Source: a virus
Taxonomy: Duplodnaviria > Caudoviricetes
DNA: 44,026 bases
Virus record (IMG/VR): IMGVR_UViG_3300037762_000224
Coordinates: 1-44,026 of that record
Strand: one strand, 5' to 3'
Part shown: positions 43,993 through 44,026 of the stretch, piece by piece
Numbering within the stretch: the first letter of the stretch is position 1
Layout: each line of letters starts with the position of its first letter
Translations under genes and position numbers: made by a program
The notes under the pieces: generated by a model
The model's database searches: none
The model's input: only the letters and a program-made list of their open reading frames with translations
What the model was told of the DNA's origin: nothing

Positions 43993-44026
43993 ATTTCACC
44001 ACACACCGTAGGTAAAAACGGCGGAC

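Larger units (their letters stand above)
1..44026 (-). mobile_element. Temperate siphovirus genome, probable Actinomycetota host, apparently complete
   Basis: Full morphogenesis, lysis, integration/immunity and replication modules in syntenic order. WhiB gene present. Window ends fall between the packaging HNH and the small terminase. Confidence 0.93.

Overview
The window looks like a complete or near-complete genome of a temperate, high-GC siphovirus infecting an Actinomycetota host (WhiB gene, actinophage-type gene families), and it appears to be opened at or near its packaging site. Most genes are on the minus strand. From the right end: terminase, portal, HK97-type protease, capsid, head-tail genes, two tandem major tail protein paralogs, a frameshifted tail chaperone, tape measure, minor tail/fibre proteins, then amidase/holin lysis genes, small secreted proteins and an HNH gene. 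A short plus-strand accessory operon (15786-17605) includes an SGNH lipoprotein. Next come a large serine integrase, a divergent repressor/Cro switch, and a long early operon (DPPY methyltransferase, WhiB, resolvase, exonuclease, AAA helicase containing a likely origin) ending in the packaging HNH. The most notable unexplained signals are non-coding: a ~500 nt region at 15235-15700 with nested long-range helices (candidate large structured RNA), a four-hairpin element at 10021-10265, a structured ~100 nt element next to the integrase, and a repeated promoter/operator cassette in front of both lipoprotein-containing units. All family calls come from motif recognition by eye; no database search or folding computation was run.
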